In this document: piece after piece, positions 1 to 14,100 of the stretch
Numbering within the stretch: the first letter of the stretch is position 1
How the letters are laid out: the number at the start of each line of letters is the position of its first letter
Assembly: GCA_965200765.1 (NCBI GenBank)
Contig: OZ241380.1
Coordinates: 2,706,417-2,770,416, forward strand
Reading direction: 5' to 3'
Length of the DNA: 64,000 nt
Origin: Arenicellales bacterium
GTDB taxonomy: Bacteria; Pseudomonadota; Gammaproteobacteria; Arenicellales; JAJDZL01
Notes under the pieces: generated by a model
The model's database searches: none
The model's input: the letters and a program-made list of their open reading frames with translations, nothing else
What the model was told of the DNA's origin: nothing
Program-made: the position numbers and the translations under genes

Positions 1-3000
1 GTTGTTCACCGCATTGATCGTCGCCGTATCGCTATTGTTCGAAGTGCTGCCCGCCGCAATCAAGATGGTCTTGTCCGCTCCCACCGTGTAGGCACCTGAA
101 ATCGCCGTCAAGGTAATTGTCGTGGCCGCACTCGACGCATGGCTCAACGTCGCTGAAACTGTCGTTGTGCCGCCGTTCTCCGAAATCGAGTTGTCCGCAA
201 GCGTCAGCGTCACCGTCGGCGCATTGTCATCGTCTTCCAGCGTCAGCGAAGCACCGGTCACCGCACCAATGCCCTGAGTGTTCTGCGCCGTCGCCGTCAC
301 CGTCACACTGCGACTCGCCTCGTCTCTGGTGTTGTCCACCGCGTTGATTGTCGCCGTATCGCTATTGTTCGAGGTTTCGCCTGCCGCAATCGTAATGGTC
401 TTGTCCGTTCCCACCGTATAGGCACCCGATACTGCAGTCACCGTAATCGTCGTCGAGGCGCTGGACGCATGGCTCAGCGTCGCTGAAACTGTCGTCGTGC
501 CGCCGTTCTCCGAGATCGAGCTGTCCGCCAGTGTCAACGTCACTGTCGGCGCATCATCATTGTCTTGCAACGTCAGCGAAGCACCGGTCACCGCACCGAT
601 GCCCTGAGTGTTCTGCGCCGTCGCCGTCACCGTCACACTGCGACTCGCCTCGTCTCTGGTGTTGTCCACCGCGTTGATCGTAGCCGTATCGCTATTGTTC
701 GAGGTTTCGCCTGCCGCAATCGTAATGGTCTTGTCCGATCCTACCGTGTAGAAACCCGAAACCGCCGTCAACGTAATTGTCGTAGCCGCGCTCGACGCAT
801 GGCTCAGCGTCGCTGAAACCGTTGTCGTGCCGCCGCTCTCCGAGATCGAACTGTCCGCCAGTGTCAGCGTCACTGTCGGCGCATCATCATCGTCTTGCAA
901 CGTCAGCGAAGCACCGGTCACCGCACCGATGCCCTGAGTGTTCTGCGCCGTCGCCGTCACCGTCACACTGCGACTCGCCTCGTCTCTGGTGTTGTCCACC
1001 GCGTTGATCGTAGCCGTATCGCTATTGTTCGAGGTTTCGCCTGCCGCAATCGTAATGGTCTTGTCCGCTCCCACCGTGTAGGCACCCGATACCGCCGTCA
1101 CCGTAATCGTAGTGGCCGCACTCGACGCATGGCTCAGCGTCGCTGAAACTGTCGTCGTGCCGCCGTTCTCCGATATCGAGCTGTCCACCACCGTCAGCGT
1201 CACCGTCGGCGCATCATCATCGTCTTCCAGCGTCAGCGAAGCACCGGTCACCGCACCGATGCCCTGAGTGTTCTGCGCCGTACCCGTCACCGTCGCTGTT
1301 CGGTTCGGCTCGTCCCTGGTGTTGTTCACCGCATTGATCGTCGCCGTATCGCTATTGTTCGAAGTGCTGCCCGCCGCAATCAAGATGGTCTTGTCCGCTC
1401 CCACCGTGTAGGCACCTGAAACCGCCGTCAAGGTAATTGTCGTGGCCGCACTCGACGTATGGCTCAACGTCGCTGAAACTGTCGTTGTGCCGCCGTTCTC
1501 CGAAATCGAGTTGTCCGCAAGCGTCAGCGTCACCGTCGGCGCATTGTCATCGTCTTCCAGCGTCAGCGAAGCACCGGTCACCGCACCGATGCCCTGAGTG
1601 TTCTGCGCCGTCGCCGTCACCGTCGCCCTGCGATTCGCCTCGTCTCTGGTGTTGTCCACTGCATTGATCGTCGCCGTATCGCTACTGTTCGAAGTTTCGC
1701 CTGCCGCAATCGTAATGGTCTTGTCCGATCCTACCGTGTAGAAACCCGAAACCGCCGTCAACGTAATTGTCGTAGCTGCGCTCGACGCATGGCTCAGCGT
1801 CGCTGAAACTGTCGTCGTGCCGCCGTTCTCCGAGATCGAACTGTCCGCCAGTGTCAACGTCACTGTCGGCGCATCATCACTGTCTTGCAACGTCAGCGAA
1901 GCACCGGTCACCGCACCGATGCCCTGAGTGTTCTGCGCCGTCGCCGTCACCGTCACACTGCGACTCGCCTCGTCTCTGGTGTTGTCCACCGCGTTGATCG
2001 TAGCCGTATCGCTATTGTTCGAGGTTTCGCCTGCCGCAATCGTAATGGTCTTGTCCGATCCTACCGTGTAGAAACCCGAAACCGCCGTCAACGTAATTGT
2101 CGTAGCCGCGCTCGACGCATGGCTCAGCGTCGCTGAAACCGTTGTCGTGCCGCCGCTCTCCGAGATCGAACTGTCCGCCAGTGTCAGCGTCACTGTCGGC
2201 GCATCATCATCGTCTTGCAACGTCAGCGAAGCACCGGTCACCGCACCGATGCCCTGAGTGTTCTGCGCCGTCGCCGTCACCGTCACACTGCGACTCGCCT
2301 CGTCTCTGGTGTTGTCCACCGCGTTGATCGTAGCCGTATCGCTATTGTTCGAGGTTTCGCCTGCCGCAATCGTAATGGTCTTGTCCGCTCCCACCGTGTA
2401 GGCACCCGATACCGCCGTCACCGTAATCGTAGTGGCCGCACTCGACGCATGGCTCAGCGTCGCTGAAACTGTCGTCGTGCCGCCGTTCTCCGAGATCGAA
2501 CTGTCCGCCACCGTCAGCGTCACCGTCGGCGCATCATCATCGTCTTGCAACGTCAGCGAAGCACCGGTCACCGCACCGATGCCCTGAGTGTTCTGCGCCG
2601 TACCCGTCACCGTCGCTGTTCGGTTCGGCTCGTCCCTGGTGTTGTTCACCGCATTGATCGTCGCCGTATCGCTATTGTTCGAAGTGCTGCCCGCCGCAAT
2701 CAAGATGGTCTTGTCCGCTCCCACCGTGTAGGCACCTGAAACCGCCGTTAACGTAATTGTCGTAGCTGCGCTCGACGCATGGCTCAGCGTCGCTGAAACT
2801 GTCGTCGTGCCGCCGTTCTCCGAGATCGAACTGTCCGCCAGCATCAGCGTCACTGTCGGTGTTCCATCGTCGTCTGTTATCGTACCTGTACCGGTAGAAG
2901 TACCCAATGTCGCATTGCCGGGACTGCTTAGTGCCACTTTCACCGTTTCATCGTCTTCGTCCAGCGTGTCGCCGGTTACCGAAACATCAATATTCTTGCT

Positions 3001-6000
3001 TGTGTCGCCCGCATTGAACGTCAGAGTACCCGACGACAGCGCTGTGTAGTCTGTTCCCGAAGCCGCGGTGCCACCAGCACCTTCAGCATAGTTCACTGTC
3101 ACCGTTCTGCCGCTCGCCGCACTCAGCGAAACAACAAACCGCAACCTTGCAGTGCTACTGTCCCCCTCCGCCACCGACGGCGAGCTTATCGACACCGTCG
3201 GCGCCGCATCGTCGTCCTCCAGCGTCAGCGAAGCACCGGTCACCGTACCAATGCCCTGAGTGTTCTGTGCCGTGGCTGTCACCGTCGCACTGCGATTCGG
3301 TTCGTCCTTCGCATTGTCCACTGCATTGATCGTCGCCGTGTCGCCGCTGTTCGTCGTGCTACCCGCCGCAATCGTAATGGTCTTGTCCGCTCCTACCGTG
3401 TAGGCACCCGCAACCGCCGTCACCATAATCGTCGTAGACTCACTCGACGCATGGCTCAGTGTCGCTGAAACCGTAGTTGTGCCGCCGTTCTCCGAAATTG
3501 AACTGTCCGCCAGCGTCAGCGTCACCGTCGGCGCCGCATCGTTGTCTTCGAGCGTCAGAGAAGCACCGGTCACCGCACCGATGCCCTGGCTATTCTGTGC
3601 CGTGGCTGTCACCGTCGCACTGCGATTCGGTTCGTCCTTCGCATTGTCCACTGCATTGATCGTCGCCGTATCGCCGCTGTTCGTCGTACTGCCCGCCGCA
3701 ATCAAGATAGTCTTGTCCGCTCCCACCGTGTAGGCAACTGAAACCGCCGTCACTGTAATCGTCGTGGACTCATTCGATGCATGACTCAATGTCGCCGTCA
3801 CCGTCGTCGTGCCGCCGTTCTCCGAAATCGAATTGTCCGCCAGCGTCAGCGTCACCGTCGGCGCATCATCGTCGTCCTCCAGCGTCAGTGAAGCACCGGT
3901 CACCGCACCGATGCCCTGGCTGTTCTGCGCCGTCGCCGTTACTGTCACACTGCGGTTCGCCTCGTCTCTGGTGTTGTCTACCGCGTTGATCGTCGCCGTG
4001 TCGCTGCTGTTCGACGTGCTGCCCGCCGCAATCGAGATGGTCTTGTCGGACCCCACCGTGTAGGCACCCGAAACCGCCGTCAACGTAATCGTCGTGGACT
4101 CACTCGACGCATGGCTCAAGGTCGCCGACACCGTCGTCGTGCCGCCGTTCTCTGAAATCGAATTGTCCGCCAGCGTCAGCGTCACCGTCGGCGCATCATC
4201 GTCGTCCGTTATCGTACCTGTGCCGGTAGCAGTACCCAATGTCGCGTTACCGGGACTGCTCAGTGCCACTTTCACTGTTTCATCGTCTTCGTCCAGCGTA
4301 TCGCCGGCTACTGAAACATCAATGTTCTTGCTCGTGTCCCCTGCATTGAACGTCAGAGAACCTGATGACAGCGCCGTGTAATCCGTTCCCGAGGTTGCGG
4401 TGCCGCCAGCATCTTCAGCATAGTTCACTGTCACCGTCCTGCCACTCGCCGCACTCAGCGAAACCACAAACCGCAATCTTGCTGTACTGCTGTCGCCCTC
4501 TGCTACCGACGGCGAGCTGATCGATACAGTCGGCGCCGCATCGTCGTCTTCCAGTGTCAGCGAAGGACCGGTTACCGAACCGATGCCTTGACTGTTCTGC
4601 GCCGTCGCCGTTACAGTCGCCACCCGGTCCGACTCGTCCTTCGTGTTGTCCACCGCGTTGATTGTCGCTGTATCGCTGTTGTTCGAGGTTTCGCCCGCCG
4701 CAATCGTAATGGTCGCATCGCCGCCCACTGTGTAGGCACCCGCAACTGCCGTCACTGTAATCGTCGTGTCCGCGCTTGACGCATGGCTCAAGGTCGCCGA
4801 CACCGTCGTCGTGCCGCTGTTTTCAGAAATCGAGCTGTCCGCCAGCGACAGCGTCACCGTCGGTGCATCATCGTCGTCCTCCAGCGTCAGCGAAGCACCG
4901 GTCACCGTGCCGATGCCCTGAGTGTTCTGCGCCGTAGCTGTCACTGTCGCCGTCCGGTCCGACTCGTCCTTCGTGTTGTCCACTGCAGCAATTGCCGCCG
5001 TATCCGTGCTGTTCGAAGTTTCGCCTGCCGCAATCGTAATGGTCGCATCGTCGCCCACTGTGTAGGCACCCGCAACCGCCGTCACCGTAATTGTCGTGGC
5101 CGCACTCGACGCATGGCTCAGCGTCGCAGTCACCGTCGTCGAACCCCCGTTCTCCGAAATCGAATTGTCCGCCAGCGACAGCGTCACCGTCGGCGCATCA
5201 TCGTCGTCCTCCAGCGTCAAGGAAGCACCGGTCACCGCACCGATGCCCTGACTGTTCTGCGCTGTAGCTGTCACCGTCGCACTGCGATTTGCCTCGTCCT
5301 TCGTGTTGTCCACTGCGGTAATCGCAACCGTGTCCGCGCTGTTCGAGGTTTCGCCTGCCGCAATCGAGATGGTCTTGTCCGCTCCCACCGTATAGGCACC
5401 TGAAACCGCCGTCACCGTAATCGTCGTGGTAGCGCTTGAAGCATGGCTCAGCGTCGCAGTCACCGTCGTCGTGCCGCCGTTCTCCGATATCGAGCTATCC
5501 ACCAGTGCCAGTGTCACCGTCGGCGCATCATCATTGTCTTCCAGCGTCAGCGATGCACCGGTTACAGCACCGATACCCTGGCTGTTCTGCGCCGTCGCCG
5601 TCACCGTCGCTGTCCGGTCCGACTCGTCCTTTGTGTTGTCCACTGCATTGATCGTCGCCGTATCGCTATTGTTCGAGGTTTCGCCCGCCGCAATCGTAAT
5701 GGTCGCATCGTCGCCCACTGTGTAGGCACCCGCAACCGCCGTCACCGTAATTGTCGTGGCCGCACTCGACGCATGGCTCAGCGTCGCAGTCACCGTCGTC
5801 GAACCCCCGTTCTCCGAAATCGAATTGTCCGCCAGCGTCAGCGTCACTGTCGGCGCATCATCGTCGTCCTCCAGCGTCAAGGAAGCACCGGTCACCGCAC
5901 CAATGCCCTGAGTGTTCTGTGCCGTAGCTGTCACCGTCGCACTGCGATTTGCCTCGTCCTTCGTGTTGTCCACTGCATTGATCGTCGCCGTATCGCTATT

Positions 6001-8190
6001 GTTCGAGGTTTCGCCCGCCGCAATCGTAATGGTCTTGTCCGTTCCCGCCGTATAGGCACCTGAAACCGCCGTCACCGTAATCGTCGTGGCCGCGCTTGAT
6101 GCATGGCTCAAGGTCGCCGAAACCGTCGTCGTGCCGCCGTTCTCCGAAATCGAGCTGTCCACCAGTGCCAGTGTCACTGTTGGCGCATCATCGTCGTCCT
6201 CCAGCGTCAGAGTGGCACCGGTCACCGTGCCGATGCCCTGAGTGTTCTGCGCTGTAGCTGTCACCGTCGCCGTCCGGTCCGCCTCGTCCTTTGTGTTGTC
6301 CACTGCATTGATCGTCGCCGTATCGCTACTGTTCGAGGTTTCGCCCGCCGCAAACGTAATGGTCTTGTCCGTTCCCGCCGTGTAGGCACCTGAAACCGCT
6401 GTCACCGTAATTGTCGTGGTAGCGCTTGATGCATGGCTCAATGTCGCCGACACTGTCGTCGAACCGCCGTTCTCCGAGATCGAACTGTCCGCCAGTGTCA
6501 GCGTCACCGTCGGCGCATCATCGTCGTCCTCCAGCGTCAAAGAAGCACCGGTCACCGCACCAATGCCCTGAGTGTTCTGCGCTGTAGCTGTCACCGTCGC
6601 CGTCCGGTCCGCCTCGTCCTTCGTGTTGTCCACTGCATTAATTGCCGCCGTATCCGTGCTGTTCGAAGTTTCACCTGCCGCAATCGTAATGGTCGCATCG
6701 TCGCCCACTGTGTAGGCACCCGAAACCGCCGTAACTGTAATCGTCGTGGCCGCGCTCGACGCATGGCTCAATGTCGCGGTCACCGTCGTCGTGCCGCCGT
6801 TCTCCGAAATCGAGTTGTCCGCCAGTGTCAGCGTCACCGTCGGTGCCGCATCGTCGTCCTCCAGTGTCAGCGAAGCACCAGTCACCGCACCGATGCCCTG
6901 AGTGTTCTGCGCCGTCGCCGTCACCGTCGCCGTCCGGTCCGCCGCGTCCTTCGTGTTGTCCACCGAGTTGATTGTTGCTGTGTCGCTACTGTTCGTGGTT
7001 TCGCCTGCCGCTATCGTAATCGTCGCATCATCGCCCACTGTGTAGAATCCGGAAACCGCCGTCACTGTAATCGTCGTGGCTACGCTCGACGCATGGCTCA
7101 AGGTCGCCGATACCGTCGTCGTGCCGCCGTTTTCCGATATCGAACTGTCCGCCAGTGTCAGCGTCACTGTTGGCGCATCATCGTCGTCCTCCAGCGTCAG
7201 AGTAGCACCGGTCACCGTGCCGATGCCCTGAGTGTTCTGTGCCGTAGCTGTCACTGTCGCCGTCCGGTCCGACTCGTCCTTCGTGTTGTCCACTGCAGCA
7301 ATTGCCGCCGTATCCGTGCTGTTCGAGGTGTCACCTGCCGCAATCGTAATCGTCGCATCATCGCCCGCTGTGTAGAATCCGGAAACTGCGGTCACCGTTA
7401 TTGTCGTAGCGGCGCTGGACGCATGGCTCAGTGTCGCCGTCACCGTCGTCGTGCCGCCGTTCTCCGAAATCGAGCTGTCCGCCAGTGACAGCGTTACTGT
7501 CGGCGCATCATCATCGTCCTCAAGTGTCAATGTTGCCCCGGTCACCGTACCGATACCCTGAGTGTTCTGCGCTGTACCTGTCACCGTCGCCGTCCGGTCC
7601 GACTCATCCTTCGTGTTGTCCACCGTTGCTATCGCGACCGTGTCTGCGCTGTTCGAAGTGGCACCTGCCGCGATCGTAATCGTCGCATCATCGCCCACTG
7701 TGTAAAACCCGGAAACCGCGGTTACCGTTACTGTCGTGGCAGCGCTGGACGCATGGCTCAGTATCGCCGACACCGTCGTCGTGCCGCCGTTTTCTGAAAT
7801 CGAGCTGTCCGCCAGTGTCAGCGTCACCGTCGGCGCATTATCATCGTCCGCCAGCGTCAGCGACGCACCGGTCACCGTACCGATGCCTTGAGTGTTCTGC
7901 GCCGTCGCCGTCACCGTCGCCGTCCGGTCCGTCTCGTCCTTCGTGTTGTCCACCGCGGTAATCGCAACCGTGTCCTCGCTGTTCGAGGTGTCACCTGCTA
8001 CGATCGTAATCGTCGCATCCTCGTCCACTGTGTAGGCACCTGCAACCGCCGTCACCGTAATCGTCGTGGCCTCGCTCGACGCATGGCTCAGCGTAGCCTT
8101 CACCGCCGTTGTGCCACCGTTCTCCGAAATCGAGCTGTCCGCCAGCGACAGCGTCACCGTCGGCGCATCGTCGTCGTCCGTTATCGTACC
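1..8190 (-). repeat. Tandem array of about 25 units of 330 bp (110 aa) of Calx-beta-like repeat, with nested 660-bp and 1320-bp higher-order periodicity
   Basis: Reverse-complement of 481-570 translates LQDNDDAPTVTLTLADSSISENGGTTTVSA. The unit reads ...SISENGGTTTVSATLSHASSAATTITVTAVSG.YTVG.D.TITIAAGETSNS.DTA.I.AVDNT.DE..R..TVTATAQNTQGIGAVTGASLTL.DDDDAPTVTL. Sequence 1-60 is identical to 1321-1380 and 2641-2700. Canonical Calx-beta punctuation units occur at about 2810-3130 and 4140-4450. Confidence 0.85.
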
Positions 8191-11100
8191 TGTGCCGGTA
8201 GAAGTACCTAATGTTGCATTACTCGGGCTACTGATTTTCAAATCCACTGACTCATCTGGTTCGTCCACTGTATCGGCCAAAACCGAAACATTCAGCAATT
8301 TATTTGTCTCACCCGCCGTAAATGTCAGCTTGCCCGAGGTGACTGCTGTATAGTCCGTTCCTGAAATTGCGGTCCCGGTACCTGCATCTTCATAAGATAC
8401 AGTTACCTGCCTGCCGCTCGCAACACTCAGAACTACTTCAAAAATTAACTTTGCATCAGATTCGCCTTCGCTTACACTTGGCGATGAAATTGAGATCGTC
8501 GGCGCATCGTCGTCGTCCGTAATTGTGCCGGTACCAGTACTCTTGCCCGTCTCAAGCATCGCATTTGCCGGTTCAGCAAGCTGTATCCTGATCGTTTCAT
8601 TCGCCTCGTCAAGTGTATCGCCTCTCACCGTTACGTCAATCGTACCGGTTGTATCACCGACACGAATTGTCAACGTACCAGTCGATGATGCTGTGTAGTC
8701 CGTCCCCAAAGTTGCCGTCCCGCCATCTACCAAACCATACTCCACTGATACTTCCTGGTCACTCGCTGAATCCATTGTTACAGTGAAGGATAGTGTCTTG
8801 GTGCCACTGTCACCTTCTGCAATGCTCGGAGAGTTGATTGACAGTATCGGGATACCGTCGTCGTTTCGTATTGTTCCGGTTCCGGTTGCAGTCTGAATCG
8901 TCGCGTTACTCGCATTACTGAGAGCCACTACAACAGTTTCGTGCGATTCTTCTGTTTCATCTCCTATTATTTCTACATTGAATGTCTTGCTCGAAGCATT
9001 CGCCCCAAAAGTCAGTACACCTCCGGATATCTCTGAATAGTCTTCCCCGGAAGTCGCCGTTCCGGTTCCTGCATCTGCATAAGATACTGAGACCTGCTGG
9101 CTGCTAACTGCACTAAGTGAAACTGTGAACTGCATTGACTTGGTGCCTGTGTCCCCTTCTGCAACGCTTGGCGAATTAATTGAAATCATCGGAGTACCAT
9201 CATCATTCAGAATTGTTCCGGTTCCCGTTCCAGTCGCAATATGTGCTCTCGTTGCCTCACCAAGTTTCAAAACCACAGTTTCGTGAGACTCTACATCTAT
9301 GTCTCCTATCACCTCCAAACTGATACTCTTGCTGGTTTCGCCTGCCGCAAACGTCAACGTACCGCCATCAGTACCTGTATAGTCCGTCCCTGAAGTCGCT
9401 GTACCTGTACCCGAATCTGTATAGGCAACCGTTATAATGTGGCTACTTGACTTGTTCAGTGTCACGGTAAAGTCAAGTGCCTCGTTGCCATCGTTCCCTT
9501 CTGTAACACTCGGTGAAGAAATTGACAAGTAGGGAGCTTCAGTCACTACGATAGCGAAACTCAATTCGGCCTTGTCACCATCCGCATCAGTAGCGACCCA
9601 GGTGTAGCTGGTCGAGTCCATTGAAACAGATGGTGTTCCACTTACAGTGTGTGTTGTTTGGTCGCGAATTACCCCTGCCGGCAAAGCCGGATTCAGTGCA
9701 TAGGTGATCGTACCGTTGCCACCCGTTACCGTCGGTAATGTAAAAGAGGTTATCTCGCTGAGCTGATCCCAAGACCTGTCATCAATGGTGCCGCTGCCAA
9801 ACGTGGGTATGCCGTCCACCTCAATACTGAATGTTAGTTCTGCCTTGTCGCCGTCAGCATCAGTGGCTGTCCAGGTGTATGAAGTAGATGGCAAGGCGAC
9901 TGATGGTGTGCCACTCACTTCGTGCGTCGTCTCGTTGTACACCACTCCCGATGGCAAATTCGGGCTCAACGTGTAGGTAATTGTGCCGTCTCCACCTGTA
10001 ACTGTTGGCAATGAGAATGACGTAATCTGTTCGCGTTGTGTCCACGACTGATTGGCTATGGTGGAATCTCCGAAGGTTGGTGTCAAGTCAACTACTGCAA
10101 GGAGAAAATCTAGCGATTCCGTCCTTCTGTGGCCGTCTGTAACCGTCAGTTTATAAGTTTGTTGTGGTGCATCTGCTCGCGGCGTGCCGGAAATAACCCG
10201 GGTGAGTCTGTTAAATGATAGCCCGGCGGGCAATGTCAGGTTGGTTGCCGTACCTGGTCCAGTCAAGGCATAGCTTAAGTTCCCCCGGCCACCTTCAGCC
10301 GCCGGCAATGTATCAGATACATTTACAAATTTCGTATAGTTTTTGGCAGAAATTACCGCACTCCCAAACGTTGGTACATACTTGACCCGTCCATCGATTC
10401 TGTGGTCTCCATTGTTGGACATTGCATTGCTACCCAAGGCGAGATTGGCATCGACCCCAGACCTGCTACGAATTGTGCCTCCATTCAAACTCAATGCATT
10501 CGATCTGATGCTTAGGCCGTTCAATGCTCGATCTCCGGTTTGAACCCGGTATTTAAACACGATATTATCTCCCCTCGTTGCATGGTGCGAAGCTTGTACT
10601 GAACCACTTGCCAACGCAAGTTGCAACTGTGGTGAGCCTGAAACAGAAATTTGCTTATGAAAGCCAACTCTGACATAGACTTCCTCACCTAACCCATATG
10701 TATTGCCTACGGCAGGATTAAAGAGCATCTGTACATAGTTTACTTTTGGTGCTCCGTTTAGTGCCCCGTTCACCTTGCGTCGACTATCGTCCGCGACCCG
10801 GGTGGAGGACAGGTTCGCTGCAAGTGAATTGGAAGTGGTTGTAATTGACCCACCATTCAGGGACACCGCATTGGCAGGAATACTTACACCATTATCGTCT
10901 CGGTCGCTTGGCTGCACCAGATATTGGAATCGTAACCAAGTCTTTATACTACTGGGGACATAAGTGGCTTTTCGTGTTTGATTGCCAATTGAAATTGACA
11001 ATTGAGGATTGCCTGTCACACTTACAGGCTTGTCAAAGATAACTAACGGATAAATGTACTCTCCTGCGTCATAAGTACTATTTGCAAAAGGCAGGTATGT

Positions 11101-14100
11101 GACTGCTGAATTTGGAAAGCTTATTGATCGGATACGAGCCGCGGTACTCGGAGTTCTCAAGACTTTGTGTAATAAACTGTTATTGATTGCACTGCTCAGT
11201 GTCAGATGCGCAGCATTGCCGGTTGCTCTGCTGTGAACGTATCCGGTTAGTGAGCCCCCGTTTGAAGCAGTCAGTGCATTTGTCGCCACACTCAACCCGT
11301 TTGTGTCGTAGTCACCTGCCGCAACTGTGTATGTAAACGCATATACAGACCCATTGTTGCTACTGCTCCAGGAATCCGTGTAAACTGTTCCGCTTTCCAA
11401 ATTAATGGCCAGCCTTGCAACACGGCTAAAGGTAACGGGCTCACTGAATGTGACTTGCACCGTTATGATTTCACCTTCAACATATCCATAGGGACCTCTC
11501 CGTCCGTTCTGGTCGCAATAAGGATTCGTGGACCTGGGCAAGGTGGGGTGGTTGCACCTCGTAAGATTACGCGGAATACCCCTGATTATTGTGTTTGTAA
11601 TTTTCGGTATCCGACCATTAACTTTGTGCGATGAATGATTCGTGAAGCCATGACTCGCCAAAACTCCACTATGACCATGTGAGATGGCAAGATCTGCAGC
11701 AGTATTGTCATCTGTGCCACTAATTCTTCCACCGTTTAAACCCAGTGGATTCACCGTTCCTGCATAGTTGATGGTAATTCCGTCAGTATCATAATCGCGG
11801 TCTTGTACTGTGTAACTGAAGTTCAGGTAGTAACTGTGAGAATCTGTGAGGCCACGTGATTTCTGCTCGCGAGTGGTGCTCTTGTAAAAAGCATACCTTG
11901 TCAGGCTGCCAATGCCTATTGCCAGCGAAGGGCTTCCACTCACTGTCACGGGTCGGCTAATCTGTACGCGTACCTCAATCTTTTCTCCATTTTTGTATGT
12001 ATTGCCCCGCGCCGGCACAGAAGTAATTTCTATACCCTGTACAAACGGTACAGAAACTTGACCACCGTTAATCTTGTAAGTTTGAAGTAAAGTTGATGTA
12101 GTGAGAACTCCAGCCGTTGCATTCATACCACCGAAATTTCGGATATGTGCGCCGGAAGGTACTGTAAGTGCATTTTGCTTGGAGTAGAATCCATTTCCAT
12201 CGACATCCGATTGTTGTACGCGGTAGCGGAAGTAATGAATTCGTGGACTTACTCCTGCACCAACGTAAGTTGCCTGCCGTGTTGTACTCCCAATCAGCAT
12301 CCCGACACTGGGTGTTCCGGTCACACTTACTGCCTGGCTAAAGGTCAGTTTCAACTCGATTTCTTCACCCCGTTTATAGGTGTCACCTGTTGCAGGGCTG
12401 GAAACTACACTTATACCGGTTACCGACGGCGCATTTGAAACACTGCCATCTACCTTGTGGCCCGACTGGTTGCTCAACGTATGATGTCCAAGAACCAGCA
12501 ACGCGTTGTTGGCATTTTGATCGCGAATCAAACCACCATTCAAGGTCAATGCACCGCGTTCAATACTGATTCCGTTGGTGTCCCGGTCTTCCGAACGCAC
12601 CGTATATCGGAATTGCACATCGTTTCTGTCTGTAATGTAAAAAACGGCTTGACGGGTTCGGGTACCGACTTTCAATGCCAATTGCGGCGACCCTATCACT
12701 TTCATAACCGGAGTCAACGGAGAGGAAAAATTGACCCTCACTATAATCTCCTCTCCGACACCATAGGTATCCCCGCTTGTTGGAGTCGACAATAGTGTTA
12801 CACCGCTCACCAAGGGGCGATTGCCCGTCACACCCGTGGTAAAAGTCAATGTATCGGTATCGCCGTTGTAATCTGTTACTGTCAATGTGTGAGTTCTAAC
12901 GTGCGTTTCTAGAGTCGGCGTTCCTGTAATCGCCGCAGTACTGCCATTGAAAATCAACCCTTGGGGGAGTGATGGTGAAACGGTGTATATGAGCGGTGCA
13001 TCACCGACGGGGGATGTAGGCAATGTGGTAGATACCTCAGTACCAACTGTAAGTCTCAAATCAGGTCCTGTTGCACTGCTGAATTCTGGCCAGGCCCCGG
13101 TTTTACTGCCATCTACTTTTGCAGTTCCCAAATTGGTCAAGATATGGCTGCCTAAAGTCAGAACTGCATCTTCACCCTCGGCATCCCGAATCGAGCCTCC
13201 ATTCAGCGACAGTGCATTCGCGGCAATGCTGATCCCGTTTGAATCCGTGTCGTTCGCTTGAACTGTATAATCAAAGTACAAAACCCGGCCTGCTGTCTCT
13301 CCAAGATCTGTAGCAATTTGCGCTGACATCGGGTTGTAATTGGCCTGGCGCGTGTTGTCGCCAACTGCGATTGCGAGTTGGGGCGTACCAGAAACAGTAA
13401 TCGCCTGGTCAAATTCAACCTTTGCTCTGATCGACCCGGTTCGAGTGTAGGTATTGGCCTGCACAGGCGTGGAAGAGATTCCCACAGCAGACACTTTCGG
13501 CGGCGCAGATACCTTGTGACCGGCCTGGTTTGCAAGAGCCAGGTTGCCCAAACTCAGTGCCGCATTTACATTGCCATTCCTCAGGGTCACACCAGAAGGC
13601 AAGGACAGTGCATTTGCAGCAATACTGATACCGTTATTGTCGTAATCAGAATTCTGTACTGTATAGGAAAAATGAAATTGGGTATTGCCTGTTGGTCCAG
13701 AGCTAGCAGAACTGACTCCACTGACTACACGTGAATTATTGCCAATGGTGAGCGCCAGCTGAGGGGTACCGCTCCCACTTAGTGTCAAACCATCCATACC
13801 GGACGTGAATCTAATGAGAGCTCTTATTGTTTCGCCAGCCTTGTAGGTGTCTCCGGAAGCCGGACTGGAGGAAATACTTACAGTGCGCACCACCGGAATA
13901 ATGTCAGCACTACCGTTTACCTTGTGATTTGGGTCGTTGGTGATGGCAAATCTTCCGATATCCAGCGATGCTGCAACATTGCTGTTATTGAAATCAACAA
14001 TACTGCCCCCGTTCAAAGTCAGTGCGCCGGGGAGGATGCTAAGGCCGTCAGTGTCGAGATCAGATGCTTGCACGGAGTATTTGAAAATATGATTGGTACT

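Noticed and set aside
1-8190. The regular 330-bp periodicity could suggest a CRISPR-like or satellite array
   Set aside because: There is no short repeat / unique spacer organisation. The whole period is coding and translates into a protein domain.
117-8353. Many plus-strand ORFs of up to 351 aa (for example 6433..7488, 4783..5403, 5443..6063), repeated and apparently conserved
   Set aside because: Their translations are extreme Arg/Cys/His/Val low-complexity sequence (RRRRHRH..., CRNRNG...). They lie antisense to a coherent minus-strand Calx-beta frame. The biased T/S/A/V/D codon usage of the real frame simply depletes stops on the opposite strand.
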